A DNA stretch of 64,000 nt from a virus. The translations under genes and the position numbers were made by a program. Within the stretch, counting starts at the first letter, position 1, and the number at the start of each line of letters is the position of its first letter. The notes beneath the pieces were generated by a model, which worked only from the letters and a program-made list of their open reading frames with translations, made no database searches and was not told the origin of the DNA. The stretch spans positions 24,158-88,157 of IMG/VR virus record IMGVR_UViG_3300005253_002057; one strand, 5' to 3'. Of the stretch, positions 48,340 to 57,734 are shown piece after piece.

Positions 48340-49090
48340 AATACGTAGACTACTAGGAGTGCACAAAGCTTTTAATAAGCTGGATAAAGACATAGAAAGA
48401 ATAGCCTTAAAACTAAATACAGAAGCTCTAACAATGCCTAGTGTTCTGACTATCACGAATAGTACTATTACAAATAAGTTAGCCATACTACTACATGGAA
48501 CAGACACAGTACCTAACGACTTTTTCAACAGGGCAACATACTTAAACAATCTAGGAAATAGACTAACTGCATACGACTATGTAGTATCTGCCCCTTATAT
48601 AGTAAGAGAGGCAAAGACACTACAAAGAATACGATCACTGAGTGAAAGAATAAAGTGTACATCCTTTGAAAGAGACCTAGCTCTAGGTATAGCAAGTAGC
48701 ATACCATTTTATTTTGATGTAGTTATATATGGAATAAGCTGGGGGGCAGAAGTTGCTATAAGTCTAGCTAGAATAATGAAGCCTAGATTACTTATTCTCT
48801 CAGGGCTAGATCCTGACCCAGTAGATACTTTACAACATAAGTTCAGTCTGGGCAAAAAACTAGACCCTATGTACGTTCCAGCAAGACCATCACTCTATGC
48901 AACACTACAAGAACTAGAAACAACTACTATACTTGAGTATGGAAACCAAGATATAGACCCTAGTGGGCTAGACAGCCTTGGGCCTTGGCCAGACAACGTA
49001 CTAGAACTAAGATTCCAGGGAGGCCATGAGATAAATCCTACAGACACTACCTTAAAAGCTATGGAGAGATTACTTGAGCAAACGAATTAG
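48242..49090 (+). CDS. alpha/beta hydrolase
   Basis: LLHG, YGISWG, EYGNQD, GGHEI. Confidence 0.7.
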   Translation: MQALLILLKPAALLLSIFIKKPRSLLAKSLLYRIRRLLGVHKAFNKLDKDIERIALKLNTEALTMPSVLTITNSTITNKLAILLHGTDTVPNDFFNRATYLNNLGNRLTAYDYVVSAPYIVREAKTLQRIRSLSERIKCTSFERDLALGIASSIPFYFDVVIYGISWGAEVAISLARIMKPRLLILSGLDPDPVDTLQHKFSLGKKLDPMYVPARPSLYATLQELETTTILEYGNQDIDPSGLDSLGPWPDNVLELRFQGGHEINPTDTTLKAMERLLEQTN

Positions 49091-50099
49091 GTTCATATTC
49101 GCTTTACCTGTGCTACTAGTAACAGTAGCCTTATTAGTATTACTGCTAACCTCAGCAGACACACCCCCTGCAGAACAGACAAGGGGCAGATATACTCAGG
49201 CACTAGACCAGCTCTATCTTAATATGCCCAGCATAATAGGATGTAATACCTCTCTGACCATAGAAAGTATGCTTAATAGTAGTCCTAGATCAGTAAAGCA
49301 GTGGGGAAGAAATCTAGAACAGGAGTTCAGTTTTATAATAGATGAACCTAAGAACAAGTATACACTACTCACAGCAGACTATACTTCAAGATTCATACGT
49401 CTAGCAGTACTATCAAAGATAGCAGTTCCACACTCTGCTACTAGGGAAAGTAAAAAGCCTTTAGTAGTATTCATCCACGGATTAGCAACTAATCCAGACA
49501 GGGCCTTCGAAGGACCAAGATTAGATTATCTAAACAACATAGGTCATAGACTAGCTAGTAACGACTTTATAGTAGTAGTACCTTTCATCTACAATGACTT
49601 AAGATGGAACTCGTTAGCAAATAGCCTATATCCAGTGCTAGAACTCAACGTAGCAGCTATACAAGCTTCTATAGATCTAATGCTCCATGAGTTTCCTGTA
49701 GACGAAGATAAAATAGTCCTATATGGAATCTCAGAGGGGGCTGACATAGCTAGAAGAGTGGCTTCTCTAGATGAGCGAATCGATCTAGTAGTACTTAATG
49801 GAAGACATAACGACCCAACAGGATTTCTGCTAGATCAAGGAATAGATACAGCAAATATAGATCCCACTGCTTTCTCGGACAAAGATCCTTGTTCTTCAAG
49901 TATTCTAGCCGAGTATAAAGAAATAAAGGTACCTATAATACTAGAATACGGAGGAGACGATCAACAAGATTTCAATCTAGAAAAGACGGTAGAACTTCTA
50001 GGGGAAAAGGATTTAGAAGTTGTACGATATAAAGGGGGACATGCTATAAATCCAGACAACGAAACAATCAACTTAATTAAGAAAAGGCTGGGACAATAG
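49074..50099 (+). CDS. membrane-anchored alpha/beta hydrolase (paralogue of previous)
   Basis: N-terminal TM; FIHG, YGISEG, EYGGDD, GGHAI. Confidence 0.75.
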   Translation: MSKRIRFIFALPVLLVTVALLVLLLTSADTPPAEQTRGRYTQALDQLYLNMPSIIGCNTSLTIESMLNSSPRSVKQWGRNLEQEFSFIIDEPKNKYTLLTADYTSRFIRLAVLSKIAVPHSATRESKKPLVVFIHGLATNPDRAFEGPRLDYLNNIGHRLASNDFIVVVPFIYNDLRWNSLANSLYPVLELNVAAIQASIDLMLHEFPVDEDKIVLYGISEGADIARRVASLDERIDLVVLNGRHNDPTGFLLDQGIDTANIDPTAFSDKDPCSSSILAEYKEIKVPIILEYGGDDQQDFNLEKTVELLGEKDLEVVRYKGGHAINPDNETINLIKKRLGQ

Positions 50100-50893
50100 T
50101 GCTTAGCTGGCCACAGAAAAAAGCAATAGCAGACATATCTTACTCTAGCCTCCCTAAAACTAAAATACTAGAAGTAGGCTTTGGAAATGCTGAAGTCCTA
50201 GACCGATTATCCCTACATACTGAGTACGAACTAGTAGCTGGGATAGAAATATCTGAAGAAGCAGTAAAAGCAGCTAGAAAAAGACTAGGCTATAGAAGAA
50301 ATATACTACTAATGAATGAAGAGGGCTCAGGACTAGGAAACGTACCAGGCTATGACATTGCGCTGGCCTTTGAAGTAATAGAACATCAAAAGAATCCCTT
50401 AGAATTTCTACAGCGCCTTCCAGGACATATATTATATCTAAGCACCCCAAATGTAAGAAGATGGTACGTAGAAAAATTCAAAGACTACGAGTACTGGGAC
50501 TGGCCTCCAAATCACCTATGGCGTTTCTGTGACTGTCCAGCCTCTACTAGTGCTAGAACTTATTGCTCTGAAGCATGTACATGCTGTATGATAGACGAGA
50601 AAGTACCAACAGTACATATAGAGACACTTCTTAAGGAAGCTGGTTATAATGTAGTAAATGTACAGGCTGGACCTGTACAAGCAATAGATATAGTTAGGAG
50701 TATCTCTGGAAGAATAAGGCCCAAGAAGTTAAGTGCAGATTACGATGAAATGAGATCTGAATCCAGCTTAATAAGAACTATAGCCAGAAACATACTACTA
50801 CCCCCCTCAGCACTTTATGCTAAGTACTTATCAGCTAAGGGATATCAAGGGGGTAACTTATACATAAAGGCAGTAAGAGACTACCCTGTATAG
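50099..50893 (+). CDS. class I SAM methyltransferase
   Basis: ILEVGFG, FEVIEH, LSTPN, PPNHL. Confidence 0.85.
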   Translation: MLSWPQKKAIADISYSSLPKTKILEVGFGNAEVLDRLSLHTEYELVAGIEISEEAVKAARKRLGYRRNILLMNEEGSGLGNVPGYDIALAFEVIEHQKNPLEFLQRLPGHILYLSTPNVRRWYVEKFKDYEYWDWPPNHLWRFCDCPASTSARTYCSEACTCCMIDEKVPTVHIETLLKEAGYNVVNVQAGPVQAIDIVRSISGRIRPKKLSADYDEMRSESSLIRTIARNILLPPSALYAKYLSAKGYQGGNLYIKAVRDYPV

Positions 50894-50894
50894 C

Positions 50895-50945
50895 TTTACC
50901 AAGCCTTGGTAAAAACTTGACATTACTGTCACAATGATGTATAAT
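50895..50945 (+). promoter_or_regulatory. consensus sigma70 promoter with upstream palindromic operator
   Basis: TTTACCAAG-C-CTTGGTAAA(50895-913); TTGACA(50917-22)-17-TATAAT(50940-45). Confidence 0.9.
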
Positions 50946-50952
50946 AACCAAG

Positions 50953-51294
50953 ATGAGTATTGAAGTCGACATATTAGACGTAGCAGATGCTAAAGCTTCT
51001 TCCCTTATATTCATAAGTAACCATCAAGATTTATTAACTATATATACAGAAGACGATGCAGAATTTCTAGAATCTGTACTAGGCTTTAGAAGTGAGTTCG
51101 GTTACATAGCACCTTTACTAGACATCTATCAGGCTAAAGTTTTACTAAGAAAGTTCAACTGGACTATTCTTCCAGAAGAGATACCAAACCATCTAGCTTA
51201 TTATCTCTTCAGAGTATTAAAAATCAAGTGCAGAAAGTACAGACAGCATAAATACAGAAAAGTTATGCAGATGATAAGGGAAGAAAGTAGATGA
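50953..51294 (+). CDS. hypothetical protein, leaderless
   Basis: ATG 7 nt after the -10 box. Confidence 0.6.
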   Translation: MSIEVDILDVADAKASSLIFISNHQDLLTIYTEDDAEFLESVLGFRSEFGYIAPLLDIYQAKVLLRKFNWTILPEEIPNHLAYYLFRVLKIKCRKYRQHKYRKVMQMIREESR

Positions 51295-51626
51295 CTAGCC
51301 CTAAAAGAAGAAAGTCTATAAAAAGACAACGTTTCGAGCGAAGAGTAAGAATGGCTGGACTTATAAAAGATGGCTTTGACCCTGGAGAGGCTGAATTTCT
51401 AGCCCAGCTTAACTGGAAGCTAGGAGATAGTCCATTAAAAGAAAGACGAGTAGTACGTAGAAGAGAGGTAAGGGAGCTAAAGAAAAGGGGCTGGAGTAAT
51501 ACAAGAATAGAAGAATTCTTCTTTCAGCAGTGGGTAGCTATAAATGAGTCAGAACTTGTTAGCCAATTAATAGATGAAAAGTATCAACAATCAAGAAGAA
51601 CAGGAAGAAGAGCCAGAGCGGCTTAA
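51291..51626 (+). CDS. basic protein preceding PolB
   Basis: Arg-rich; coupled to PolB by TAATG. Confidence 0.65.
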   Translation: MTSPKRRKSIKRQRFERRVRMAGLIKDGFDPGEAEFLAQLNWKLGDSPLKERRVVRRREVRELKKRGWSNTRIEEFFFQQWVAINESELVSQLIDEKYQQSRRTGRRARAA

Positions 51627-53584
51627 TGAGAAGCAAGAAACAAGTAAGAAGGCCAAAGCCAGAACCTACACAGAAGTACTCTGAGATAGTAACTGGTACT
51701 GAGTTCGAGAGAACACCTTGGGAAGACCTTGATTTTTCTTTAGACATAAAAGGCTATAGTCCTGAAGTAGAAAGACCTATATTTTTAGCAGTAGGATTAG
51801 CTATTGCAACTAACATAGCCGGTGATGTACTAGCAGTAGGAGACACCAGAAACAATATCACATATACGATAGCATCATTACTAGATCTTCACGAGCACAT
51901 AACTACCAACAGACTTGATATAGACATAGAAGAGACAACTGGCTACTTCTTATATAGTGAATCAGACTTTGATTGTCTACTAAGACTACTTCCATTCGAC
52001 CAGGCTGAAGATTTAGCCATAAACAGAAAAATAGCAATTCCAGAACTTCAGATATGGTACACACCAAATTCCAAGCTTACACTAAAAAGCAAAGGGGCTA
52101 CAATAAGAATATATGCTCTACAAAATATACTACCAGCATATAATCTAGAAGAGGCAGTAACAAAGTATGGATTTTCTGATAAGCATGGGAACAGCTTTCG
52201 TGTCAGCACTAATAATCTTCATAACGATAGCAGCAGCTATAATCTACTGGAAGAAGCAAAAACCCACCAAGAATTAGCCATCTTTGCAAAGGATAGGCTA
52301 AAACAAGTAATAGACTTACAGAAAGATGAACTAAAGAATCCTAGCACCTGGGTAGATAGGGACATAAGAATGTCCCAACTAGCCATAGATAGATCATCAA
52401 TACCAGAAGAAGTATACTCTGAGTACTATAGAGGAATACATGCCCCTTGGGTAGAGACATTTCAGAAAGGATACTTTCCCACAGCCTACGACTATGATAT
52501 CAATAAAGCATACGCCTGGGCAGTAGGTAATCTAATAAATGTAGATTCACACTCAGGATCTTGGATTTATTCAGAAGAGTATGAGCCAGATGCAGCATAT
52601 GGAATAGTAATGTGCTACATAAGATTAAATCCAAGTTCAGTATCTCCAATCTTTTTACGTCTAGATAGCTGGGTGGCATCAGTATCAGGAACCTTTATAG
52701 AGAGATTAACCAAATCAGAAATAGACTTCATCTACAAACATCGACTTGGAATAGTAAGAATACTATATGGGTACTGGTTCAAACCAGAAACTATAGAATA
52801 TCCATTTTACCACAAGATGAGAAAAAGGCTTGCCCAGTATGAACTAGCGGCAAAAGACAATCAAGTACTAAGAGTGGTCTTGAGATTGATGTACACTCGC
52901 ATAGTAGGAAAGTTTCTTGCAAGATATGAAGATTTAGAGACAGGAAGATGGAAGCCAGGCCCCTTCTTCAATCCTATATACTATGTAGAAGCTGCAACCA
53001 CAGTAAAGCTAAAGGTAGCAGAAGCAGCACTACTAAATCCTAAGAGTGTAATATCAATAGCCACCGACGGAGTGCTAACATCCAGTCCCTTACACTTCAA
53101 GCAGAGTAGAAACCAAAAGAAGGCTAACCCAAGATTAATAACAAGCACAGCCCCAGGAGAATTCAAGTTATCCACTACAGGCCCTGCAGTAGTAATATCA
53201 GCAAACATAGCTGAGGTACATGGAAAGGATAGCTTCTTCCCTCTAATAGAAACTATATTAGACAAGCCAGAAGACACCATATATAAGTTTGAAGTAGGGG
53301 AAAGAATAAAACTTTGCACAGCTCTAAGAGGAAAGAATCTAGCCAGGACAGGAAACCTTAACTTGGAAGCAGTTCATGTAAATATAAGGGCAGACAATAA
53401 GAGATTCTGGCCAAAGCTTCCATTTGTAGGAAAAGATTTACTAGTAGATAGATTCGGTTCAGCTATACTAAGTGTAGAAGAAGCTCTACTACAATCAAAC
53501 TATAGATACAATCAGCAAGAAGATTGGCTGGGCAAAGCTAATAGAGAATTAAGAAAGAAGCTGAGTGTTGAAAGAGCTGTTTAA
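51626..53584 (+). CDS. polB: divergent protein-primed-type family B DNA polymerase
   Basis: Motif A YDYDINKAY; about 130-aa A-B spacing (TPR1-like); degenerate motif B RLMYTRIVGKF; motif C SIATDGV. Confidence 0.7.
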   Translation: MRSKKQVRRPKPEPTQKYSEIVTGTEFERTPWEDLDFSLDIKGYSPEVERPIFLAVGLAIATNIAGDVLAVGDTRNNITYTIASLLDLHEHITTNRLDIDIEETTGYFLYSESDFDCLLRLLPFDQAEDLAINRKIAIPELQIWYTPNSKLTLKSKGATIRIYALQNILPAYNLEEAVTKYGFSDKHGNSFRVSTNNLHNDSSSYNLLEEAKTHQELAIFAKDRLKQVIDLQKDELKNPSTWVDRDIRMSQLAIDRSSIPEEVYSEYYRGIHAPWVETFQKGYFPTAYDYDINKAYAWAVGNLINVDSHSGSWIYSEEYEPDAAYGIVMCYIRLNPSSVSPIFLRLDSWVASVSGTFIERLTKSEIDFIYKHRLGIVRILYGYWFKPETIEYPFYHKMRKRLAQYELAAKDNQVLRVVLRLMYTRIVGKFLARYEDLETGRWKPGPFFNPIYYVEAATTVKLKVAEAALLNPKSVISIATDGVLTSSPLHFKQSRNQKKANPRLITSTAPGEFKLSTTGPAVVISANIAEVHGKDSFFPLIETILDKPEDTIYKFEVGERIKLCTALRGKNLARTGNLNLEAVHVNIRADNKRFWPKLPFVGKDLLVDRFGSAILSVEEALLQSNYRYNQQEDWLGKANRELRKKLSVERAV

Positions 53585-54008
53585 TAAAGATCTCTGGGAG
53601 TTCTATGACAAAGGAAATTGGATAGCTATAACTACTAACAACGTAGTAAAGACTAATGGAGAGGCTGTAATGGGAAAAGGAGTAGCCTTAGAAGCGGCTA
53701 ATAAATTCCCTACTCTTGCACAAGAACTAGGTCGCTATCTTCGTCTACTAGGAGATAATATACCTTATATTTTTCCCCACTTCAACCTAATAACCTTTCC
53801 TACTAAACATCACTATCGAGAAGATTCTAGCCTAGAATTAATAAAGTCAAGCACAGAATTTCTAATAAAGTGGTTAAAAGGGCACCCAGAAATAAAGACT
53901 ATCTATATGCCAAGACCAGGCTGTGGTAATGGAAATCTACACTGGGCTGATGTAAAAGCTTTGCTAGAACCTAGTTTAGATGATAGATTCATAGTAGTGA
54001 GTCTCTAA
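53565..54008 (+). CDS. macrodomain (DarG/Poa1-like ADP-ribose hydrolase)
   Basis: ITTN...VMGKGVAL, ITFPTKHHY, MPRPGCGNGNL. Confidence 0.88.
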   Translation: MLKELFNKDLWEFYDKGNWIAITTNNVVKTNGEAVMGKGVALEAANKFPTLAQELGRYLRLLGDNIPYIFPHFNLITFPTKHHYREDSSLELIKSSTEFLIKWLKGHPEIKTIYMPRPGCGNGNLHWADVKALLEPSLDDRFIVVSL

Positions 54009-54009
54009 G

Positions 54010-54549
54010 ATGAGAGGAACTCAACAAGAATTTTTAATACTAGAAGGCCCTCTACTAGATTATAATATTAATACAATAGTAGAAATACTTAATATACAAT
54101 TAAAGAGGGCAGTAGCTTCAGATATAAAACTAAAGAGGCCTAGTACTTATTTACTGGAAGAGGCAGTAAATACAACTATAGAAATACACCCTCTCACACT
54201 AGTAAAAGGAATAGTCTACTGCAAAGAGCAAATTATTACACTTTATCCAAGCGTGCTAAAGTTACTATATATTTTAGCCCAAGCCCAAGGAACTATAGTA
54301 TTAAACAGAACCCTAGCAAGACTTTTATGGCCAGACGATCTACGAGATGATACTAAATACAGTATAAAGAAAAATATAAGTAATCTACGAAAGGCTCTTA
54401 GCCCTTTTATAGAACCAAAAGAATATATAAAGACTATACCTGGACTGGGCTATATACTAGTAACACAAGAGGAAGTAAGCTCAAATGGAGTTAGCAATAA
54501 TGACTCCCTGTCCCAGCTCTCCCCTGTGCAACTGGAGAATAAGACATAA
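54010..54549 (+). CDS. OmpR/PhoB-type winged-helix regulator (no intact receiver domain)
   Basis: ITLYPSVLKLLYILA..LW..IKKNISNLRKAL..YIKTIPGLGY. Confidence 0.8.
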   Translation: MRGTQQEFLILEGPLLDYNINTIVEILNIQLKRAVASDIKLKRPSTYLLEEAVNTTIEIHPLTLVKGIVYCKEQIITLYPSVLKLLYILAQAQGTIVLNRTLARLLWPDDLRDDTKYSIKKNISNLRKALSPFIEPKEYIKTIPGLGYILVTQEEVSSNGVSNNDSLSQLSPVQLENKT

Positions 54550-54772
54550 CTGGAGTAAAGAAAAAGTATATAAAGTAACTGGAGGCTTTGCGATAGTGGA
54601 TTGCTTCACATGCAAAGCTCCTATGATAGTATGGCTATACTGTAAAGAACCAGGGCCAAGAAGCAAGCTTAGGGCACTAAAAGAAATGCACTCTCTATTC
54701 GGAGCAAATTCTGTAATAAGGGGAACAAGAACAAAGTATGACCACCCTCACGAACATATCCTACTTACATAG
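54485..54772 (+). CDS. small Cys/His-rich protein
   Basis: CFTC, HPHEH. Confidence 0.5.
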   Translation: MELAIMTPCPSSPLCNWRIRHNWSKEKVYKVTGGFAIVDCFTCKAPMIVWLYCKEPGPRSKLRALKEMHSLFGANSVIRGTRTKYDHPHEHILLT

Positions 54773-56000
54773 TAGAATCAAGCAAAACCTTGAGACTGAG
54801 ATAATAGTAGCAGGCCTGGGTTACGTGGGAAATCCTCTAGCCAAGCTACTTATGAAACACTATCCTAGAGTATCAGGAGTAGACCCTAACCCAAAAAGAG
54901 TAGAAGGAGTTGGAGTAGAGGCACATATAGACTATGACTACTTAAGAACAACTTCAGTTAACGTAGTAATAGTCTGTGTACCTACTCCATTAAGTAAAAC
55001 ACACGAGCCAGACTTATCTTACATAGTAAGTGCTACAGAAGATGTGGCTCAGTACATAATCAAGAGAGCAGGATCTCCTGTATTAGTAGTAATTGAAAGC
55101 ACTACTTACCCAGGAACTACAGAGGAGCTTATTTTACCTATACTACAAAAGGTAGGGGTCCTGGGCAAAGACTTTTTCCTAGCCTATTCACCAGAGCGTC
55201 TTGACCCTGGAAACGAAGAGTGGAACATAGGAAACACTCCTAAGATAATAAGTGGAGTTACAGAAGACTGTCTCACACTAGTAGAAGCCCTTTATGAACC
55301 AGTAGTACCTGTAGTAAAAGTGAGTTCTCCAAAGGTAGCAGAAATGACAAAGCTGCTAGAAAATACCTTTAGAGCAACCAACGTAGCTCTAGTTAATGAG
55401 ATAGCAATAGTTTGTGACAAGCTAGAGATAGATGTATGGGAGGTAGTAAAAGCAGCAGCTACCAAGCCTTTCGGCTTCATGCCTTTCAGACCAGGCCCTG
55501 GGCTAGGAGGACATTGCCTTCCAGTAGATCCTCAGTACCTAGCTTGGAAGCTAAAAACATTAAATTACAATACTAGATTCATACAAACTGCAACAGAGAT
55601 AAACTCAGAGATGCCTGCATACTGGGTATCCAAAGTACAAGATGCCCTCAATGAAAAACAGAGATCAATAAAAAGTGAAAGCATCTTAGTTCTAGGAGTG
55701 GGATACAAGCCAGACACCGACGACATAAGAGAGTCTCCAGCACTAGACATAATAAAGTTGCTACAGGATAAAGGAGCAGTAGTATACTATCACGACCCAC
55801 TAGTTAAAGACCTTAGTCCCTTACTAGAGATGAAGTCAGTAGCCGACTCCGAGCTCAACTATGATGGAATATTCGGCTATGGCGCAGTAATTCTAGCCAC
55901 AGACCACTCAGTATACTTTGACCAAGTACCAGGTATACTAGATACACTAAAGTACCCACCAGAACATCTATGCGTAGTTGATACAAGGGGAGTCTTATGA
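54738..56000 (+). CDS. UDP-N-acetylhexosamine dehydrogenase (WbpA/WecC-like)
   Basis: GLGYVG, CVPTP, ESTTYPGTT, SPERLDPG, KLLENTFR, GLGGHCLPVDP. Confidence 0.93.
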   Translation: MTTLTNISYLHSRIKQNLETEIIVAGLGYVGNPLAKLLMKHYPRVSGVDPNPKRVEGVGVEAHIDYDYLRTTSVNVVIVCVPTPLSKTHEPDLSYIVSATEDVAQYIIKRAGSPVLVVIESTTYPGTTEELILPILQKVGVLGKDFFLAYSPERLDPGNEEWNIGNTPKIISGVTEDCLTLVEALYEPVVPVVKVSSPKVAEMTKLLENTFRATNVALVNEIAIVCDKLEIDVWEVVKAAATKPFGFMPFRPGPGLGGHCLPVDPQYLAWKLKTLNYNTRFIQTATEINSEMPAYWVSKVQDALNEKQRSIKSESILVLGVGYKPDTDDIRESPALDIIKLLQDKGAVVYYHDPLVKDLSPLLEMKSVADSELNYDGIFGYGAVILATDHSVYFDQVPGILDTLKYPPEHLCVVDTRGVL

Positions 56001-56080
56001 GCAAGTTAAGGCTAATAGGTCTAGCAGTAATAGTAGGTGGAGCACTAGCCCTAGTAATAACATTTCTAGCACAGCAATGA
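55997..56080 (+). CDS. single-TM peptide (27 aa, not in ORF track)
   Basis: ATGA overlaps at both ends; MSKLRLIGLAVIVGGALALVITFLAQQ. Confidence 0.5.
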   Translation: MSKLRLIGLAVIVGGALALVITFLAQQ

Positions 56081-56301
56081 CCACTAGAGAAGAAAGAATA
56101 ACCAGAGCTGCTAAAGCTTTAGCCTATACCTATGCTGACACCGGAAAAGCTATAGAGTGTAAAGTCTGTAACAGCTGGATATATACTCATAAAAGAGGAG
56201 CCTCAGCGGAGTATGATGCTCTAGCAGTGCACTTAGAGAACGATCACCCAGAGCTGCACAAAGAACTAGAAAAAGACTTTTACAGATTGAATCTAGGATA
56301 A
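56077..56301 (+). CDS. C2H2-like zinc-finger protein
   Basis: ECKVC ... HLENDH. Confidence 0.55.
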   Translation: MTTREERITRAAKALAYTYADTGKAIECKVCNSWIYTHKRGASAEYDALAVHLENDHPELHKELEKDFYRLNLG

Positions 56302-56311
56302 GGAGTAAAAC

Positions 56312-56698
56312 ATGGAATTCTTAGAAGGAAAATTCATAACCATAACACGAACCAATCCTTTCGAGGAGCTAAAGCTGACAGACTCCTATAGAGAGTGGTA
56401 TGACTCCTTGGACGAAGCCATAAAGAAGCTGGAAGAAGAAGAGGCTAGCTCCACGTTCCCAGTAAGATACGAGGAGACAGTAATACTAAAAGTAGAAAAG
56501 GTGATAATAAACATAGACAATACCAAAATAGACATCAAGGCCTATAGAATTGAAGACGCAAAGAAAAAGATCCAAGAGCTAGAAAATATAGACTGGAGAA
56601 CCCTAACTCTTAATGAAGTAAAGTATATAGCCGCATTAAGGGACTACATAGACGGCAGACGAGATGAGTACCCTAAGAGGACTAGAGGCATAGGTTAA
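56312..56698 (+). CDS. hypothetical protein
   Basis: AAGGAG RBS. Confidence 0.65.
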   Translation: MEFLEGKFITITRTNPFEELKLTDSYREWYDSLDEAIKKLEEEEASSTFPVRYEETVILKVEKVIINIDNTKIDIKAYRIEDAKKKIQELENIDWRTLTLNEVKYIAALRDYIDGRRDEYPKRTRGIG

Positions 56699-56700
56699 AA

Positions 56701-56898
56701 GTGGAGAACCAGAAAACTTCTATACAACTAGAAGTAGAAGATGCTAATGGAATAGCTATATACAAGTCTCTACTAGGAGGAGAGGCCCACCACTGGATAG
56801 CAGAAGCTTATCTAGAGAACCCAGATCGCCATGGAGTAGGCTATGGAAAGACTATGCCTGAAGCACTAGAAGAAGCCATAGCTAACGTGGAAGAATAA
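56701..56898 (+). CDS. small HicB-N-like protein
   Basis: WIAE...GYGKTMPEALEEAI. Confidence 0.45.
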   Translation: MENQKTSIQLEVEDANGIAIYKSLLGGEAHHWIAEAYLENPDRHGVGYGKTMPEALEEAIANVEE

Positions 56899-56900
56899 GA

Positions 56901-57734
56901 ATGAAAACGCTACTTAAAAATCTCTGGTTTAGGTTACCATACAATCTAAGCATACCTGCTCCCTTACCATACAAAATAGCAGGGACAAGACCTTGGATAC
57001 CAGCGCATCCAGATGAAACAGGGATAGCCATAGCCCAGCGCTGGCCCTTTCCTAACTATAACTACGAAAATAGACTCTGGGACTTTATACAAAAGTTAGA
57101 ATTCAAGCCTAGAAAGGTTGCCATAGACGCAGGAGCAGGACAGGGATTTTATACCCTCATGCTTGCAGACAAGTTTGAGACAGTACTAGCCGTAGAACCT
57201 AATCCCATAGAGGCAGAAATTCTACATAATAATCTAGATAAGTATGGAGTAAAAAACACTGTCATACTAAAGCAGCCCCTATCATCAAGAATAGAAACAG
57301 TAGACTTTCGTTGGATACAACACCATGAGTCAAGATCCTCTTTCGCCCCAGTCTTTCAAGAGGACGTGGTTAAGTTCAAGAGGGGAAATAATAAAAAGAG
57401 GAAAGTTCAACTAGAAACAACTACTCTAGACATAATACTAGACGGAATGAACTGGATAGAAGACGTAGCGTTTATAAAGCTAGACATAGAAGGGGCTGAG
57501 CTTGAAGCTCTATCAGGAATGAAGAGAACGATACTAATAAACAGACCAATAATAGTTTGTGAGCTAGCAGACATAGCAACAGATTCTTTCAATTACTGGG
57601 CATCAGAAATAATTAGTAGACTAACTAGCTATGGATACAAAGGATTCACCTTTGACTCAAATAGAAAATTACAAAGTCTAGATGAACATGTAGGTCCTTT
57701 AAGAACAGAAGGAATATTCTTACCTAATGATTAG
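56901..57734 (+). CDS. FkbM family methyltransferase
   Basis: IDAGAGQG, AVEPNP, TTLD, IKLDIEGAE. Confidence 0.9.
   Translation: MKTLLKNLWFRLPYNLSIPAPLPYKIAGTRPWIPAHPDETGIAIAQRWPFPNYNYENRLWDFIQKLEFKPRKVAIDAGAGQGFYTLMLADKFETVLAVEPNPIEAEILHNNLDKYGVKNTVILKQPLSSRIETVDFRWIQHHESRSSFAPVFQEDVVKFKRGNNKKRKVQLETTTLDIILDGMNWIEDVAFIKLDIEGAELEALSGMKRTILINRPIIVCELADIATDSFNYWASEIISRLTSYGYKGFTFDSNRKLQSLDEHVGPLRTEGIFLPND

Noticed and set aside
39505-50893. Host chromosomal capsule locus (prophage boundary or chimera)
   Set aside because: Same codon and CTAG signature as the viral genes, paralogues interleaved with viral genes at 54-60 kb, and no housekeeping genes or integrase
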